A DNA stretch of 46,618 bases from Gemmatimonadota bacterium (lineage in GTDB: Bacteria; 4572-55; J002). Location: contig RFFQ01000025.1 of NCBI GenBank assembly GCA_003697105.1, positions 1 to 46,618 on the forward strand, given 5' to 3'. The notes under the pieces are model-generated. The model ran no database searches, had not been told where the DNA came from, and saw only the letters and a list, made by a program, of their open reading frames with translations. The stretch's first letter is position 1. Each line of letters opens with the position of its first letter. Shown in pieces: positions 43,642 through 46,618 of this stretch. Position numbers and translations under genes: made by a program.

Positions 43642-46392
43642 CTACTTCAACAGCACCATCCGGCGCATTTGGGAAAATTCACCGGAAGTCAACTGGTAGT
43701 AGTAAATTCCGCTTGCCAACGGACGCTGGTTATCTTGGCGACCGTTCCATTCCACTTGATACGACCCTGCCGGTTGTTCGTCATCAACCAATGTTCGGAC
43801 TAACTTTCCGCTGCCATCATAAACTTTGAGCGAGACGTGTCCCGTGTTGGGGATTTCGTAGGTGATTATTGTGAATGGATTAAATGGGTTCGGATAATTT
43901 TGGTGCAAAGCGTAACGCCGAGGTGTATGGATTGTTGTCTGTTCGGCTTCTACTCCCACCGTGATTTCTTCGCCGTAGAGAATCATGTTATCGATAAACC
44001 ATCCCCGCTCGGTATCGTTAGTAGAAGCAAACCGGAAACGAAATTGAACATCTTCGCCCATGTAATCCATCAGCGGGAATTCGACCCGTAGCCAACCATC
44101 GGTCTCTCCGGTGAAGCCGGCTTGCCCGTTTAACCCCACCACCGATTGATCCGGATAACCGCCATCCGGTTCAATGAGATTCCAGGTGGTGCCGGCATCG
44201 GTAGAAATGGCTACGTTGCCACCGTCCCACCCTTCAGACATTTCATACCACGTATAAAAAACCAAGCGGGCATCATCAACAATCTGCAACCGGTAAGTGG
44301 GGGTGAATAAATCGTACCGGCGTTGGGGTTCATATAGGTCATCTAAATCTGTGCCCCATACATTGACGCCACTGTAGGCGTAGGCGGGTCCGCCACTTTC
44401 TTGCGGTTCTCCCCATTCCCACTCGCTCCGGTTCCCGCTAGGTACGAAATTTTCATCGCTAGTCTCGAAACTTCGTACAAACGTGAGTTCCATATTGTGT
44501 TCCACTTCACCATTAGCCGGTACAAAAATATGGATTTCCTGCGGGTCATGATCGGGAGCATACACCCAAAATGTATATTCATAATCGCCGGCAAGACTGA
44601 CGTTATAATTTCCTTCTGCATCGGTATAAAAGGGATCGACCGGTACGCCAATGGGGGTGATTTCGACTCCCTCCAACGGATACCCGCGCACGGAGGTAAT
44701 CGTTCCGTGAAAAATGCCTTGTGGGCGGGCATCCAGTTGAATATCGACCATAACGGTCTCTTCAGAGGCGACGGTGTAGCTTATCTCGGAGATAAAATCA
44801 TAATATCCGAACCGTTCGGCACTGATAATATATTCCCCCGGTTGGACGGAAAGATGGTAAAATCCTTCCATATCGGAGAGGGTTTCAAAATTGGTATCCT
44901 CGATGTAAACTCGGGTTTCGCGCAAGGTTTCACCGCTTTCGGCATCGGTAACGGTGCCTTCAAATGCGGCGAGGCGGGCGAACGTTTCCATGACCGCGGC
45001 ATAGGCATCAATAACACCGAAACCGAAGGTATTATCTTCCCCCGGTGTGCCCTGATCGACTGCGGTGACCATCAGAATATCCTTCATTTCGTCCACTTCC
45101 AGATTGGGGTCTACTTGACGTAACAAGGCGCAAACTCCGGTGACATGCGGTGCTGCCATAGAGGTACCGCTCATCTGCCCGTAACTGCCGCCCGGCAAGG
45201 TGGAGCGGATGTCAACGCCCGGAGCAGAGACTTCCGGCTTGATCGTCTCGTTATCGCAATCAGAGGGTCCCCGGCTACTAAAGTTGGCAATCGGGTACGG
45301 CGGGCTACTGTGACCATTCACGGCACCCACGGAGAAAACCGTATAAGGACTCATGATCTGATTAGGCGGGTTGCCGATAGTGGCAGAACCGGGACCTTCA
45401 TTTCCGGCGGCAAAAATAACGGCACATCCGCCGGCTTCGCAGATTTCAATGGCTTCGTTGAATAAATTTTGGCAGTCATAACTGGCATTATGAAACCGCC
45501 ACGAGTTATTGACCGCGTCCGGCACATCATCAATGGTTTCCGGGTCACCGTCGGGGTCCGCCAGCCATTCAAAACTATCGATGTAGTGCCAAGTGGTAAA
45601 TTGCATGGGTAATCCGGCGGCAATCCATTCTGCCGCCCATGCCACCCCGACCGTATCGTTTGCGCTAGCGCCACATTCTGTACCCATGACGTGTGTGCCA
45701 TGACTCCCGCTGATCGGCTCCGGAAATTGGCTGTTGGGTGCGGTCGGTGCAAACCAACATTCTTCCCACGGTTCGTGCACGCCGCGCCAGCGATCGGCTA
45801 ATGCCGGGTGATTACCATCGACCCCGGAATCCATGTTTGATATGAGCCGCCCTTCACCGGTGATACCCATTGCCCAACATTGGGGCGCATTGATCACCCG
45901 CAAGCCGGGTTCGACACTCCGCAAACTTGACCCCTCCTGCCGGATTTCTACCGGCTCATTGATACGGGCTTCGTAATTGATGTGTAACATACGCACGTCG
46001 GTACGATCTGCCAGTTCATATACCACTGACTTTTGCACTTCGGCAAAAATGGCATTGGTGATCCAAAATTGCTCAAACCGCCGGACCCGGTCTTCACCAG
46101 ACCGTTGGGCGAGTAGGTCAGCAACTTCCGCCTGAGACCGCTGTGCCCACTCCTGCGCCGCCGTGATGACCTCATAATGTCGTTGTTGGCGAGTGGCGCG
46201 GCGTAATTTAAGCTCGCGATCCAGCGCGTGAATATCCAGCTTATCTGCCATTTCAATCCCGATGACTATAAAATCCGTTTCAGAAAGTTGATCCAGTTGG
46301 GCTTGTAATGGTTCGGAAATTGTACCGCTAAATACTGGTGGAATCAGACTAAGGCTAAGCAGCAATGCAAAACACATAGAAAGGTAACGCAT
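43642..46392 (-). CDS. Secreted S8 subtilase (bacillopeptidase F-like) with carboxypeptidase-regulatory repeats, a beta-sandwich domain and an FlgD-Ig/T9SS-type C-terminal domain
   Basis: Signal peptide; MDSGVD, HGTHVMG, AAGNEG, SGTSMAAPH; WDGGNV...GWFIDN; QNYPNPFNP...WNG...ASGIYYY...MVLLK; SD AAGGAG before ATG 46392. Confidence 0.93.
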   Translation of the reverse strand: MRYLSMCFALLLSLSLIPPVFSGTISEPLQAQLDQLSETDFIVIGIEMADKLDIHALDRELKLRRATRQQRHYEVITAAQEWAQRSQAEVADLLAQRSGEDRVRRFEQFWITNAIFAEVQKSVVYELADRTDVRMLHINYEARINEPVEIRQEGSSLRSVEPGLRVINAPQCWAMGITGEGRLISNMDSGVDGNHPALADRWRGVHEPWEECWFAPTAPNSQFPEPISGSHGTHVMGTECGASANDTVGVAWAAEWIAAGLPMQFTTWHYIDSFEWLADPDGDPETIDDVPDAVNNSWRFHNASYDCQNLFNEAIEICEAGGCAVIFAAGNEGPGSATIGNPPNQIMSPYTVFSVGAVNGHSSPPYPIANFSSRGPSDCDNETIKPEVSAPGVDIRSTLPGGSYGQMSGTSMAAPHVTGVCALLRQVDPNLEVDEMKDILMVTAVDQGTPGEDNTFGFGVIDAYAAVMETFARLAAFEGTVTDAESGETLRETRVYIEDTNFETLSDMEGFYHLSVQPGEYIISAERFGYYDFISEISYTVASEETVMVDIQLDARPQGIFHGTITSVRGYPLEGVEITPIGVPVDPFYTDAEGNYNVSLAGDYEYTFWVYAPDHDPQEIHIFVPANGEVEHNMELTFVRSFETSDENFVPSGNRSEWEWGEPQESGGPAYAYSGVNVWGTDLDDLYEPQRRYDLFTPTYRLQIVDDARLVFYTWYEMSEGWDGGNVAISTDAGTTWNLIEPDGGYPDQSVVGLNGQAGFTGETDGWLRVEFPLMDYMGEDVQFRFRFASTNDTERGWFIDNMILYGEEITVGVEAEQTTIHTPRRYALHQNYPNPFNPFTIITYEIPNTGHVSLKVYDGSGKLVRTLVDDEQPAGSYQVEWNGRQDNQRPLASGIYYYQLTSGEFSQMRRMVLLK

Positions 46393-46618
46393 AACAGACT
46401 CCTTAAATGGTTGAGGGGGTGAAATAAGGGGAAAATGACCGGCGGATTGGGGACGAAACACCCGCCGTTCCTCCGCGAGATGTAGGGAAGAGGTCGCAAC
46501 TTGGGGAAGCTGATTATAGAATAACCCAAGTTGCTACCTATAAGCTGAGACAGGTAATTGAATAACTGATTAAAAATAGCACTATTTTTAGCTCAAAGCC
46601 TTCTGGGATCACAGCGTG

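Noticed and set aside
44401-45123. Long antisense ORFs (240 aa here; also 12649-13269 and 18808-19413)
   Set aside because: Shadows of well-supported genes on the opposite strand, with no recognisable motifs
46393-46618. Possible riboswitch upstream of the S8 peptidase
   Set aside because: Only a short GGCGG/CCGCC stem; no recognisable aptamer consensus

Overview
Bacterial chromosomal window from a diderm organism, probably of the FCB superphylum (KSB1/Calditrichota-like). That placement is an inference from a PorX-like REC-PglZ regulator, an S8 protease with a 'QNYPNPFNP'/FlgD-Ig C-terminus, a TonB-dependent receptor and LptF/G. About 30 CDSs: a WD40 protein, dUTPase, CnoX/YbbN-like thioredoxin, a methyltransferase, trmFO, a TonB-dependent receptor preceded by a Cys-rich WRPP leader ORF, a 2385-aa tandemly duplicated kinase-STAND ATPase-TPR protein, a suf operon (sufBCDSU-sufT-brx-rrf2), clpS, a GHL10 hydrolase, a fused LptF-LptG, two histidine kinases (one carrying a degenerate GGDEF), PAP2, uppP, a PorX-like regulator, a P1B ATPase, an orphan SucC-like ligase fused to a ferredoxin domain, aat, a metallophosphoesterase and an S8 peptidase. 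No rRNA, tRNA, CRISPR array or transposase was recognised. Main oddities: (1) the double NLR-like kinase has one degenerate and one intact Walker B; (2) a candidate metal-sensing ribosome-arrest leader with alternative RNA pairings over the receptor RBS; (3) three AACTC-core tandem arrays at gene junctions, two of them mutually inverted; (4) the SucC-ferredoxin fusion; (5) a tandem palindromic operator over the suf promoter. All calls are from motif recognition by eye; no database search was run.
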